From a virus (Duplodnaviria; Caudoviricetes): a stretch of DNA of 64,000 nucleotides. This document shows, one piece after another, positions 19,026 to 28,824 of the stretch. The stretch is from IMG/VR virus record IMGVR_UViG_3300027971_004105; one strand, 5' to 3'. Numbering within the stretch: the stretch's first letter is position 1; the number at the start of each line of letters is the position of its first letter. The translations under genes were made by a program, and so were the position numbers. The notes under the pieces are model-generated. The model worked only from the letters and a program-made list of their open reading frames with translations, searched no databases and was not told the origin of the DNA.

Positions 19026-21545
19026 ATGAGCAACTTGTGGACACAGCCAACCGGATATTCATTGGGCACTATTGCTGAAAGAACTGTAACCACCATCAGT
19101 TTGCCAGTGAACACAGTGGATTCCATACTTGTGATAGCAGGCACTTTGCCTGGTGGTTTGAGACTGCAGGGCACTGCTATTGTGGGCACCACAGTGGAGG
19201 TTGCTAGAACCACACAATCAAGATTTGTGCTGCGAGCTCGATTGGGTAACGATATTCAAGATAGAACCTACAGTATCACAGTGGCAGGACCAGATGATCC
19301 TGTTTGGATCACTCCATCAGGTCAATTGCCTGTGGGTGAAAACAATGCATTGTTTGTGTTGGACAGTGCTTACATAGATTATCAATTGGAAGCCACTGAT
19401 ACAGATCTTTCAGCTGGTGATGAATTGGAATATTATATTGCCCGAGGTGATGGAGAATTACCACCAGGCATCACACTCACCAAAACAGGCAGATTGACCG
19501 GAGTGATAGATCCTGTGTTGGCTTTGGACATAGCAGCCAGCAGTGGTCATTATGATGTCAATACTTTCAGTGCATTTCCTTATGATTTTGGATTGAGAAG
19601 TGCCAGTGGATTTGAAAGTTTTTATTATGACGTGGAATTTTATGATTATGCCATAGGCACCAGATCACCCAAAAAATTAAATCGTTATTATGAATTCACA
19701 GTGAGTGTGAGTGATGGTGACAGTGTAGTCAAACGCACTTTTAGAATATTTGTGGTGGGAGATGATTTTTTACGAGCAGACAACACCATATTACAAGTGG
19801 GTGGCGGAACATTCACTTCGGATGGCACTTATATCAGAACTCCACAGTGGCTCACTCCAAGAGATTTGGGCTACAGAAGAGCCAACAATTATGTCACACT
19901 GTATCTGGAACTGTATGACCCCAACACCCTCACAGGTTATGTGGCCTACACACTGAGACCCACCAATGATGACGCCACAGTGAGCACACTGCCTCCAGGT
20001 TGCACACTGGACAGCACTTCAGGTGAAGTGGCAGGTCGAGTGCCTTATCAACCAGCAGTGACCAAAGAATATAAATTCACTGTGAGAGCCACAAGATTTG
20101 GAGCCAACAATGAAAGTCTAGCCATCAAAGACAAAACATTTGTGGTGAAAGTACTGGGAGAAGTGGACAGTGTGATCACCTGGAACACTGACAGTGATTT
20201 GGGCAGTATCAATGCCAACTTTGTGAGCACTCTATTCATTGCAGCCACCACCACAGTGCCCAATGCTCAATTGAGATATGTGATCACTGCAGGTGCATTG
20301 CCCAACGGATTAACATTGGCATTGGACGGAGAAATATTAGGCAAAGTGAGACAGTTTCCTTTGAATGGATTATTGGGACTCACCACATTTGACAACAGAG
20401 ATTTAACTTTGGACAACAATCAAACCAGCGTGGACAGAACTTTTGTGTTCACAGTGGAAGCCAGAGATCAATTTGGATACAGTGCTACCACAAGAACTTT
20501 CACATTGAAAGTGATAGCTGCCAGTGATTTATTGTACAGCAATCTTTATGTGAGACCTTTTTTAAAAATTGATCAAAGAAATTCTTATCTAGCATTGATA
20601 GGAGATCCAGAAATTTTTAAACCCAGTTCCATATATAGACCCAATGACGAACTGTTTGGTATCCAAAAACAATTAAAAATGTTGGTGTATGCTGGTATTG
20701 AAACCAAGACCATCAATTATTACGTGGCTGCCACAGCAAAAAATCATCGCAGAAAAAGATATCAGTTGGGCTCAGTGAAGACTGCAGAGGCCAAGGAACC
20801 TGGCACCAACACAGTGCTGTATGAAGTGGTGTATGTGGAAATTGTGGATCCCCTGGATGATGCGTCACAGCAGATGGCCAGCAAGATCAAGATCAAAAAC
20901 AACAACATCATAACCATCAGCCAAACTGAAATTGAAGTGTTGGATGATGTGACCAAATTAAATGTGGGTGGCAATACCTATACATTGTATGCCAACAATA
21001 ATCTGCCCATTGCTGTGGGCACCATAGGCAACAATCTGCAGATCTATGCCCGAACAGGCAGTCTTATTTTAAACACAGTGACTGGCATATTGAGTGTGAC
21101 TCTACAGAATGGCACCGTGTTGAATGTGGGCACAGTGGTGAATAATCCCACAGACGCATTTAGATTCAGACCCAATCACAGTGTGATCAGAGTGGACAGC
21201 AACATATTAAACATTGCCAATCCCAATGACATCGAAAGATATGTGAGCAATACCACCAACATGCGTGCCAATCTTAAATTGATAGGTGAAACAGAATCAG
21301 AGTTTTTGCCCTTATGGATGCGTACAGCACAGAAAGGACAAACACAGCCATTGGGATATATCACAGCAGTGCCATTGTGTTATTGCAAACCAGGCACCAG
21401 TGCTGCCATTGTGACAGCATTAAAAAACAATGATTTTGATTTTAAACAGATAGATTTTGAAATAGACAGGTACATCATAGACAGCACCACTGAAAGCGGC
21501 ACAGAACAGTATGTTATGTTCCCCAATTATCAATATAACATTTAA
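19026..21545 (+). CDS. Baseplate wedge-like protein with Ig-like repeats
   Basis: LPGGLRL, LPPGITL...GRLTG, LPNGLTL..DGEILG Ig-like repeats; C-terminal PLWMRT...PLCYCKPG...FEIDRYII; late motif. Confidence 0.65.
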   Translation: MSNLWTQPTGYSLGTIAERTVTTISLPVNTVDSILVIAGTLPGGLRLQGTAIVGTTVEVARTTQSRFVLRARLGNDIQDRTYSITVAGPDDPVWITPSGQLPVGENNALFVLDSAYIDYQLEATDTDLSAGDELEYYIARGDGELPPGITLTKTGRLTGVIDPVLALDIAASSGHYDVNTFSAFPYDFGLRSASGFESFYYDVEFYDYAIGTRSPKKLNRYYEFTVSVSDGDSVVKRTFRIFVVGDDFLRADNTILQVGGGTFTSDGTYIRTPQWLTPRDLGYRRANNYVTLYLELYDPNTLTGYVAYTLRPTNDDATVSTLPPGCTLDSTSGEVAGRVPYQPAVTKEYKFTVRATRFGANNESLAIKDKTFVVKVLGEVDSVITWNTDSDLGSINANFVSTLFIAATTTVPNAQLRYVITAGALPNGLTLALDGEILGKVRQFPLNGLLGLTTFDNRDLTLDNNQTSVDRTFVFTVEARDQFGYSATTRTFTLKVIAASDLLYSNLYVRPFLKIDQRNSYLALIGDPEIFKPSSIYRPNDELFGIQKQLKMLVYAGIETKTINYYVAATAKNHRRKRYQLGSVKTAEAKEPGTNTVLYEVVYVEIVDPLDDASQQMASKIKIKNNNIITISQTEIEVLDDVTKLNVGGNTYTLYANNNLPIAVGTIGNNLQIYARTGSLILNTVTGILSVTLQNGTVLNVGTVVNNPTDAFRFRPNHSVIRVDSNILNIANPNDIERYVSNTTNMRANLKLIGETESEFLPLWMRTAQKGQTQPLGYITAVPLCYCKPGTSAAIVTALKNNDFDFKQIDFEIDRYIIDSTTESGTEQYVMFPNYQYNI

Positions 21546-21590
21546 AGCATGAAGCAAACAGATAAATAAGTACAAACAGTAAGGAAAAAT

Positions 21591-22154
21591 ATGCCCAGCA
21601 ACATCAACACAACCAGCATTGATCAGACATACCCTGTGGCAGGGCAGGACAACAACAGCCAAGGATTTAGAGATAATTTTACCACTATCAAAAGTAATTT
21701 TGTCACAGCCAAAGCAGAAATAGAAACATTACAAACCAATACTGCCAAACTGAATGCTGCCAATAATTTTGGCAACAACAGCATCACAGGTGCTAAATTT
21801 ATCAACAACACCACCACAGTGTACAGTGCAGGCACCATAACCACTGCACAAAATATCAGCATAGAGAATGGAAATTTTCAAACATTCATCGTGGGAGCAA
21901 ATTTAACACTGACTTTCACTGATTGGCCCACAGTAACCAATGGCTTGTCCAGCATCATTGTGGAATTAAAAAGTGATAGCACACTGAGAACTGTGGTATG
22001 GAGCACAGAGAACGCAGGATTGATCTACAAAGACTCAGATTTCCCCACACCATTCACAGTGCCTGCCAATCAAAATCCTTTGTATGTGGAATTTTGGACC
22101 TACAATCAGGGCGCCACAGTGTTTGGCAAATACTTGGGTTCATTCAGCAACTAA
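21591..22154 (+). CDS. Virion structural protein
   Basis: YPVAGQDNNSQGFRDNF N-terminus, late motif 21562-68, position in the structural block. Confidence 0.6.
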   Translation: MPSNINTTSIDQTYPVAGQDNNSQGFRDNFTTIKSNFVTAKAEIETLQTNTAKLNAANNFGNNSITGAKFINNTTTVYSAGTITTAQNISIENGNFQTFIVGANLTLTFTDWPTVTNGLSSIIVELKSDSTLRTVVWSTENAGLIYKDSDFPTPFTVPANQNPLYVEFWTYNQGATVFGKYLGSFSN

Positions 22155-22163
22155 TTCACTGTC

Positions 22164-22397
22164 ATGTTTCATCCACTCAGCGAGGATCTTAATCAGTACA
22201 GCATCAGTCAATTGGAATCCAAACTATCGGATTTACGTACCAAATATTTTCAAAGCCGCAATCCACAACTGCGTCAGCAGATTGGTGTGTTTGTGGAAGT
22301 GTACAATCAAGAGCTCAAACAGAGATTGGCAGCAGAACAATTGAAAATGGCAAAAGATACCGGAAAAGATCTTGACAATCTCATCAATATCGATTAA
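22164..22397 (+). CDS. Small coiled-coil hypothetical protein
   Basis: 77 aa, helical, tightly packed. Confidence 0.6.
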   Translation: MFHPLSEDLNQYSISQLESKLSDLRTKYFQSRNPQLRQQIGVFVEVYNQELKQRLAAEQLKMAKDTGKDLDNLINID

Positions 22398-22418
22398 TAT
22401 ACAGCATAATATTCCGTT

Positions 22419-22934
22419 ATGCGAACAGACAGTTTAGGTTTACCCATATTCGATCATCATGACGCTGTGGATTTAATTTACCAAAATAAATTATCAGTGC
22501 TCACAGATCTTCAGTTTGAATCTCATCAAGAAATCGATATTTTTAATCAATCAGCACAGCTCACAGGAGTGGGCACACCTTTGAGAGTGTACAAGTCCAT
22601 GCTGGTGGATGTGAAAGAATTTGACAAGTTGCTGCAGAGTGAATGGTTCATGCCAGACAGTGTGAAAAAATTTGACATTGAATCACACATATTAAACATT
22701 GCTCCCAAACATGCTCAGGCGAGAGTACAGGAAGAATTGGCAGCATTCAAACAACACAATTATTTGAATCTATTGAAATTTTTGCATTATTTGGTACAAA
22801 ACATGCGTGAGAACCAAATTCTTTGGGGAGTGGGTCGAGGCAGTTCAGTGGCATCCTATGTGCTGTATCTGTTGGGTGTACACAGAATTGATTCCATCCA
22901 ATATGGCTTGGACTGGCGAGAGTTCCTTAGATAA
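22419..22934 (+). CDS. Truncated DNA polymerase III alpha (DnaE)-like fragment
   Basis: RVQEEL..F, WGVGRGSSVASYVLYLLGVHRIDSIQYGLDWREFLR matches the DnaE GRGS region; stops before the PDxDxD motif. Confidence 0.7.
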   Translation: MRTDSLGLPIFDHHDAVDLIYQNKLSVLTDLQFESHQEIDIFNQSAQLTGVGTPLRVYKSMLVDVKEFDKLLQSEWFMPDSVKKFDIESHILNIAPKHAQARVQEELAAFKQHNYLNLLKFLHYLVQNMRENQILWGVGRGSSVASYVLYLLGVHRIDSIQYGLDWREFLR

Positions 22935-22961
22935 ATACACACATAATAGGAGACAACAAAT

Positions 22962-23261
22962 ATGGCTATCAAACAGAGTGGTAACAAAGTTTACAAGAGT
23001 ATGCAGGGCAAACAGATTGATATTGATCTGTTGAGACAACGCAACGAATTAACTCCAGCTGTGGGCAATGCTAGAGTGAATGCTCGCGGTGACGAATTAG
23101 GCGCTGGTGGAAAAATTGTTCGCAAACGTGAGGAAGTTTTGGCTGATTATTACAGAGATCATCCTAAGACTGTGCCTACCACAAGAGCAAAAGCAAAAGC
23201 AGACAACACCAATGAAGAGTGGGTGGAAGATGCTGAAGGTAATTTCGTTAAGAAAAAATAA
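22962..23261 (+). CDS. Hypothetical late protein
   Basis: ATAAATA 22931-37 and SD AGGAG. Confidence 0.6.
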   Translation: MAIKQSGNKVYKSMQGKQIDIDLLRQRNELTPAVGNARVNARGDELGAGGKIVRKREEVLADYYRDHPKTVPTTRAKAKADNTNEEWVEDAEGNFVKKK

Positions 23262-23264
23262 ACT

Positions 23265-23624
23265 ATGAGCTCATACAAGATTCTTGAGGGAGAATTGATT
23301 CCGATCAAGGATCGCGTGATTGTGAGCGACATGAGTTTCGATTCTATAACCACCAAAGGTGGCATCATATTGAATTCAGATGATGGCAAGGTGCATGGTA
23401 TCAAACCTAGATGGGCCAAAGTGTACGCCAAAGGTCGAGACAACACAGATGAATACACTGTGGGTGATTGGATTTTGGTGGAGCACGGCAGATGGACCAG
23501 AGGTGTCAAAATCAAAACCAACCACACAGAACAGGTGCTACAGATGGTGGAAGCCAAAAGTGTGATGATTTGGGCAAAAGAAAAACCAGAAGAATCCTAC
23601 GTGAACAAAGAAAATCAACTTTAA
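23265..23624 (+). CDS. groES: GroES-like co-chaperonin
   Basis: LIPIKDRVIV...TKGGIIL...VYAKG...VGDWILV. Confidence 0.82.
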   Translation: MSSYKILEGELIPIKDRVIVSDMSFDSITTKGGIILNSDDGKVHGIKPRWAKVYAKGRDNTDEYTVGDWILVEHGRWTRGVKIKTNHTEQVLQMVEAKSVMIWAKEKPEESYVNKENQL

Positions 23625-23629
23625 AATAC

Positions 23630-23658
23630 TTGACTTTCCACACAATCTGTCATATACT
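23630..23658 (+). promoter_or_regulatory. sigma70-like promoter
   Basis: TTGACT-17-TATACT; ATG at 23665. Confidence 0.7.
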
Positions 23659-23664
23659 GATGGT

Positions 23665-23832
23665 ATGAAATTTCCTGAAACTAGAAATCCTGGATTAAAC
23701 ACCACTGGTGTGTTGGGTATCACATTGATGATATTGCATATCACAGGATATCTTATGGGATGGTGGTGGGTGTTGATATACATACCTTTGATACTATCAG
23801 GCATGGGACAAGAATTTTTAAAAAGGAGCTAA
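23665..23832 (+). CDS. 55-aa membrane protein (not in the ORF track)
   Basis: MKFPETRNPGLNTTGVLGITLMILHITGYLMGWWWVLIYIPLILSGMGQEFLKRS; stop overlaps the clamp loader ATG. Confidence 0.65.
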   Translation: MKFPETRNPGLNTTGVLGITLMILHITGYLMGWWWVLIYIPLILSGMGQEFLKRS

Positions 23833-24749
23833 TGAAAGAACTTTGGACAGAAAAATACAGACCTAAAACACTGGATCAATATGTGTTTAGAGATGAACAT
23901 CAGAAAAAACAAATTCAAACTTGGGTCAAAGATAAGAGCATTCCTCATTTGTTGTTCAGCGGCAATGCTGGCATAGGCAAAACCACATTGGCCAAGATAC
24001 TATTGAATGAATTACAAGTGAATGATCTGGATGTGTTGGAAATCAACGCCAGCAGAACAAACTCTGTGGATGATGTCAGAGCTAAAATTGTTAACTTTGT
24101 GCAGATGATTCCGTTTGGTGATTTTAAAGTGGTATTATTGGATGAAGCAGACTATCTATCTCCCAACGCACAGGCAGCACTGCGTGGTGTGATGGAAGAA
24201 TATCACACAACATCAAGGTTTATATTAACTTGCAACTATCCCAACAGAGTTATACCAGCATTACACAGCAGATGTCAAGGATTCCACATTGAACGTGTGG
24301 ATCAAACAGAATTCACAGCCAGAGTGGCTGAAATATTAATGAAAGAAGGAGTAACTCCAGATTTAGAAACATTGGACACTTATGTTAAAGCCACATATCC
24401 AGATCTTCGAAAGTGTATCAATGTGGTACAAATGAACGCACAGAATGGCGTGTTATTAAAACCACAAAAAAGCGACACAGGAGAATCAGATTACAAACTG
24501 GGCATGGTAGAATTATTCAAAGCAGGTAAAATCACTGAAGCAAGAAAGTTGGTATGCAGTCAAGTGAGACCCGATGAAGTGGAAGACATTTACAAATGGA
24601 TGTATGATAATATCACATTGTTTGGTAATGACACACGCCAAGAAAAAGCTATTATAATCATAAAACAAGGACTAGTGGATCATACACTGGTGGGAGATCC
24701 TGAAATAAATCTTGCTGCCACCATGATCAAACTTTCCCATATGGAATAA
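23832..24749 (+). CDS. gp44: Sliding clamp loader ATPase subunit (RFC/T4 gp44-like)
   Basis: Start reassigned to MKELWTEKYRP; GNAGIGKT, INAS, LLDEAD, SRC. Confidence 0.92.
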   Translation: MKELWTEKYRPKTLDQYVFRDEHQKKQIQTWVKDKSIPHLLFSGNAGIGKTTLAKILLNELQVNDLDVLEINASRTNSVDDVRAKIVNFVQMIPFGDFKVVLLDEADYLSPNAQAALRGVMEEYHTTSRFILTCNYPNRVIPALHSRCQGFHIERVDQTEFTARVAEILMKEGVTPDLETLDTYVKATYPDLRKCINVVQMNAQNGVLLKPQKSDTGESDYKLGMVELFKAGKITEARKLVCSQVRPDEVEDIYKWMYDNITLFGNDTRQEKAIIIIKQGLVDHTLVGDPEINLAATMIKLSHME

Positions 24750-24750
24750 C

Positions 24751-25062
24751 ATGTACAGAGCCAGTCATATATTAATCGGTTATCAAGGTGCAATGAGATA
24801 CACAGGTCCTAGAACACAGGAAGAAGCCATGTTTGAAACTGCAAGAATAAGAAATGAAATTGCTCAAGGTGTGATCACATTTGAAGATGCTGCTGTGAAA
24901 TACAGTGATTGTCCCAGCAAACAGAATCAAGGAAATTTAGGCACATTCAAACCCAGCACAATGGATCAAGATTTTATTGCTTTTATTGACACATTACAAG
25001 TGTCTGAAGTCAGTGGAGTTTGTCCCACTGTGTACGGATATCATATTATCCGAAAAAATTAA
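24751..25062 (+). CDS. Parvulin-type peptidyl-prolyl isomerase
   Basis: ASHILI, FEDAAVKYSDCPS...GNLG.F, YGYHII. Confidence 0.88.
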   Translation: MYRASHILIGYQGAMRYTGPRTQEEAMFETARIRNEIAQGVITFEDAAVKYSDCPSKQNQGNLGTFKPSTMDQDFIAFIDTLQVSEVSGVCPTVYGYHIIRKN

Positions 25063-25778
25063 TCTCCGTAAATATCCAACACTTCTTTCACAGCAGGATG
25101 ACGTTCAATGTCCCCTTTGTGAAAACTCACTATATCAATGCGTTGAGCTTTGTCTGTTTTATTTAATTTTTCTATAAAATCCAACAATCCATTATCGTGC
25201 TGTCTGTCTGCTTGATTTAAATCACCTGTCACAGCCATTTTAGATCCTTGACTCAAACGTGTGAGCAACATCTTCATTTGACTGTGTGTGGTATTTTGAC
25301 ACTCATCTGCCACTATGAATGCTCGTACAAAATTCCTGCCTCGCATGAATGCCAAAGGTGCTATTTCAATCACGCCTTCATACATCATACTTCTAAGATC
25401 TTCTGTGCGAAAGTATTCTTGAAACACATCAAATATAGGACGTGTCCATGGTGCCATTTTTTCTTCCAGTGTGCCAGGTAAAAAACCAATGTCTTCATCC
25501 ACACTCACTGCTGGTCTGGTGATGATGATGCGATCCACCTGTCTTTGTTTGAACATTTTGATGGCCACCTGAACTGCCAGCAATGTTTTGCCTGTGCCAG
25601 CAGGTCCCACACCGAATACAATGTCTTTGCTGGGGTCTAACAGTTTGATTAGGTAGGATTCTTGATTCTTATTGCGGGGTATTATTTGGACATCTTTTTG
25701 TTTTTCTATTTGATATTGATTAATTTTGAGTACATTATTGTGCTTGGATTGCTTTTTGAAAGCATTTTTTGAACCCAT
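25059..25778 (-). CDS. phoH: PhoH-like ATPase
   Basis: GPAGTGKT, RPAV, AFMRGR, DECQN, GDLNQ, RHP; start at 25778 after SD AAGGAG; ATAAATA on the - strand at 25810-16. Confidence 0.92.
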   Translation of the reverse strand: MGSKNAFKKQSKHNNVLKINQYQIEKQKDVQIIPRNKNQESYLIKLLDPSKDIVFGVGPAGTGKTLLAVQVAIKMFKQRQVDRIIITRPAVSVDEDIGFLPGTLEEKMAPWTRPIFDVFQEYFRTEDLRSMMYEGVIEIAPLAFMRGRNFVRAFIVADECQNTTHSQMKMLLTRLSQGSKMAVTGDLNQADRQHDNGLLDFIEKLNKTDKAQRIDIVSFHKGDIERHPAVKEVLDIYGD

Positions 25779-25890
25779 CGACGCTCCTTGGTTAATGGTA
25801 ATGTACAAGTATTTATGGAGATTAAGTGTCTATAAAACTACCATGTTATACCTATTGCTATGGCTAAATAATGTATATCAGGGATATAAT

Positions 25891-26400
25891 ATGCACGATA
25901 CAGCAGATATTTTAAAAAATATAGAAAGCATCTACAGCAATGATAATGCTTTTGCTATTATTAAAGATTTTGAAAGAGTACTGGACGAATTGGATCTATA
26001 TGTGTATGCCAATTGGCAGGATGGTGAATTGATTGAAGGACCAATCATGACCAAACATTATGTGTCCTGTAAATTTATGTGGCCTATGCTGCAAATGCCA
26101 GACCCCATGGGCGGCAAAAGATTATTGGATTATGACTGCCGAGTAACTTATAAAAAAGATCAATTGGTCACTGCTAGAAAAATTGTGGAACCTGATGATG
26201 TGAGACCAGGCACTAAAAAAGGCAAGTTGGACACTGTGCCTGTGTGGATTGTGGAAATCACCATGCCAATTAATCTTATGAAAAATATATTTGATGGCAT
26301 GCAAAATCAAGTGGACTTTAATCAAGAGCCAACCAAGAACAATACTATCACTGATATTCAAGACACTGCTGCAGTTCAACCCATAGATCCAGAAATATAG
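25891..26400 (+). CDS. Hypothetical protein
   Basis: Start reassigned to MHDTADIL; CTAAATA at 25864-70. Confidence 0.6.
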   Translation: MHDTADILKNIESIYSNDNAFAIIKDFERVLDELDLYVYANWQDGELIEGPIMTKHYVSCKFMWPMLQMPDPMGGKRLLDYDCRVTYKKDQLVTARKIVEPDDVRPGTKKGKLDTVPVWIVEITMPINLMKNIFDGMQNQVDFNQEPTKNNTITDIQDTAAVQPIDPEI

Positions 26401-26401
26401 T

Positions 26402-27112
26402 ATGTCACTCAAAACAGGAGATCTTCAATACTGCGTGGATGATATTTTTGAAGTGGATTCATATCAATCCAAAATGGGCATGGATGACAAGATTGTGGTG
26501 TTGAGTTTCAGAGTCAAACCCACACAAGCAGCAGAAGATTTGGTAAATTTTATTGAAAAAGGTTACGACTTTGTGTTGGATGCAGACAAAACCAGTGGTG
26601 AACAATCTGATGGTTACTACAGAGTATTTGTGGAGATTGAAAGAAGCAAAAAGATTGGTGCGCAAATTATGGAAGTACTGGATGGTGTAAAAAAATTATC
26701 AGATTTGAAAGAATTTAAATTTAGATACTACAAAAATTTTAGAAGTCAACCAGCAGATCAGGCCACACTGGAAAACATTGTGCCCAAGGATGGCAATGAG
26801 TACAGCATACGCAAAAATGAAACTGCAATGGAAAATTACAAAAACTTTTTTGCCAACAGCTATGTGGATGAAGTGATAATGGAAGGCGATCACATTGTGT
26901 TCAGTAAAAAATATGCTGAGCCATTAAGATTTAGATTTGTGGATTTTGGTATCACAGTGGACAAACTGCAAGAGCTCAAAGAAGGTTATAATTTGAACAA
27001 ATTTCCTGAAATACTCTATCTCAGCAAGTACATGGGAAATTACAACATAAGTATCTATGGCAACAAATACATATTTGAAAATGATAACAAATGTGTGATA
27101 CTGGAAAAATAA
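26402..27112 (+). CDS. Hypothetical protein
   Basis: 236 aa, coupled to neighbours. Confidence 0.6.
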   Translation: MSLKTGDLQYCVDDIFEVDSYQSKMGMDDKIVVLSFRVKPTQAAEDLVNFIEKGYDFVLDADKTSGEQSDGYYRVFVEIERSKKIGAQIMEVLDGVKKLSDLKEFKFRYYKNFRSQPADQATLENIVPKDGNEYSIRKNETAMENYKNFFANSYVDEVIMEGDHIVFSKKYAEPLRFRFVDFGITVDKLQELKEGYNLNKFPEILYLSKYMGNYNISIYGNKYIFENDNKCVILEK

Positions 27113-27113
27113 C

Positions 27114-27581
27114 ATGAATCTATCAGAAAATTTTACCGTGACAGAATTTACCAAAAGTCAAACAGCAGCTCGTCTGGGTATAGACAACATGCCCACACCT
27201 GAGCATTTGGAAAATGCCAAAAGATTATTTGAAAATGTGGTACAGAGAGTGCGAGATCACTTTGGTGCCACCACTATTAACTCTGGATACAGAGGCGCAG
27301 CACTGAACAAAGCAGTGGGCGGTGCATCCACCAGTCAACATTGCAACGGTGAAGCAGCTGATATAGAAGTGCCTGGAGTGGCCAACTATGATGTGGCACT
27401 ATGGATTGAACAAAATTGTGAATATGATCAACTGATACTGGAAGCAGCCAAAAAAGATGATCCAGCAGCAGGTTGGGTGCATGTGAGCTACAAAGAAGGC
27501 AAGAATAGAAAACAAAGTCTCACAGCAGTGTTTGTGAATGGCAAACCCATCTACAGCAACGGATTAGGAGTGTACGAATAA
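27114..27581 (+). CDS. Endolysin, peptidase M15A family
   Basis: LSENFT..EF..S, NSGYR...N..VGGA.TSQH..GEAAD, WVHVSY. Confidence 0.85.
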   Translation: MNLSENFTVTEFTKSQTAARLGIDNMPTPEHLENAKRLFENVVQRVRDHFGATTINSGYRGAALNKAVGGASTSQHCNGEAADIEVPGVANYDVALWIEQNCEYDQLILEAAKKDDPAAGWVHVSYKEGKNRKQSLTAVFVNGKPIYSNGLGVYE

Positions 27582-28066
27582 TGTTTGGATTGTTTGGATC
27601 AGCCAAATTAATCATGATAGGCATCATGGTGATAGGATTGTCTGGAGGAGTTAGTTATGTGTACAAACTCAAAGCGGACAATGCCACACTCAAAGGCAAT
27701 CAGGTCAAGATGGAACAGGCCTTGGAAACACAGACCAAGTTCATCGAAGATCAAAAGAGAGACTTTGAGGCTATTATGAAAGCCAATCAAGAAGTGAACA
27801 AATTGGTGGGCACACTGAAAAAAGATATCGATGATTTGGACAAAAGATTCAACAAAGGCACCAGAGACTTGGGCAAGACAGCAATGGAAAGACCCGAAGC
27901 CATGGAAAGAATTATCAACAAAGCATCAGACAAAGCACTGAGATGTGTGGAGATCGCAGGTGGTGCCAAACTGACAGAAGCAGAAAAAACAGCCACTAAA
28001 AAATCAGAGATCAATTCCGAGTGTCCAGCCATAGCCAACCCGGCTTACAAGCCATACAACGAATAA
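27581..28066 (+). CDS. Inner-membrane spanin (Rz-like)
   Basis: N-terminal TM helix then long coiled coil, C-terminal Cys; directly after the endolysin. Confidence 0.7.
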   Translation: MFGLFGSAKLIMIGIMVIGLSGGVSYVYKLKADNATLKGNQVKMEQALETQTKFIEDQKRDFEAIMKANQEVNKLVGTLKKDIDDLDKRFNKGTRDLGKTAMERPEAMERIINKASDKALRCVEIAGGAKLTEAEKTATKKSEINSECPAIANPAYKPYNE

Positions 28067-28067
28067 T

Positions 28068-28430
28068 ATGATTAAAATAATTTCCGTGATAGCTTTGAGT
28101 TTGTTGCTGACCAATTGCAGCATCCTTGGAGAAAAAGTGATCAAAGTATTGACACAAGAACAGTCTCGTGAAAATCTTAATCTCAAGACTCCCACACTGG
28201 AAGAGATGGAGAAGCTGAGATGGATAGTGATCACCAGCAACAATGCCACAGAAGTATTTGCCAAAATGAAAGCAGAAGGATTGGATCCTGTGCTGTTTGG
28301 TTTGAGTGATGAAGACTATGAGCTGTTGGCTAAAAATTTTGCACAAATTCGCAGCACTCTAAAACAGACCCAGGACATACTGGAACGCTACAAAGAATAC
28401 TATGAAGGAAAAAATAAAACAAATAATTAA
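28068..28430 (+). CDS. Outer-membrane lipoprotein spanin (Rz1-like)
   Basis: Signal peptide with lipobox LLTNC; follows the i-spanin. Confidence 0.68.
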   Translation: MIKIISVIALSLLLTNCSILGEKVIKVLTQEQSRENLNLKTPTLEEMEKLRWIVITSNNATEVFAKMKAEGLDPVLFGLSDEDYELLAKNFAQIRSTLKQTQDILERYKEYYEGKNKTNN

Positions 28431-28776
28431 TTCCACAGTTGTCGTTGCCAAAAATGCATGGCCTTGTGTGAAGAATTTCAGTACACAAGCATACAGCCAA
28501 TGCAAAATTTTATTTTGTGCAATTTACAAATATTCTGTAATAATCTTCAAAAATACTTGGTCTGGCATGATGTGGATCTACAACATCATAGCAGACATGT
28601 TTCGAAAAGTGCCAGCAGAATTGACCTATTGGCATGATGGAGTACAGAATGTGGTGCAGGTGGATGATTTTGTGGAATTGGCTCCCAATATGATACAGTA
28701 TGAAGACACAGACACCAAAAAAAGAGTCAAAGTAAAAGCCGAATATCCCATCAAATATATCTTGAAAGAAAAATAA
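28402..28776 (+). CDS. Hypothetical protein
   Basis: 124 aa overlapping the o-spanin end; moderately hydrophobic centre. Confidence 0.5.
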   Translation: MKEKIKQIINSTVVVAKNAWPCVKNFSTQAYSQCKILFCAIYKYSVIIFKNTWSGMMWIYNIIADMFRKVPAELTYWHDGVQNVVQVDDFVELAPNMIQYEDTDTKKRVKVKAEYPIKYILKEK

Positions 28777-28789
28777 ACCTTTCAATCAC

Positions 28790-28819
28790 TTGACTTTTTA
28801 TCAAAATACACTATATTAT
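28790..28819 (+). promoter_or_regulatory. sigma70-like promoter for dnaJ
   Basis: TTGACT 28790-95, then TATATT/TATTAT at 16-18 nt; ATG at 28825. Confidence 0.55.
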
Positions 28820-28824
28820 AGCAT

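Noticed and set aside
23760-23831. Longest-ORF start for the clamp loader, and similar extensions at 2553, 25726, 39140, 41311, 50420, 51462 and 60463
   Set aside because: Downstream ATGs fit family N-termini, SD or promoter positions and coupling with upstream genes better
28402-28776. Holin call for the gene after the spanins
   Set aside because: No convincing transmembrane helix; other small membrane ORFs are equally plausible holins
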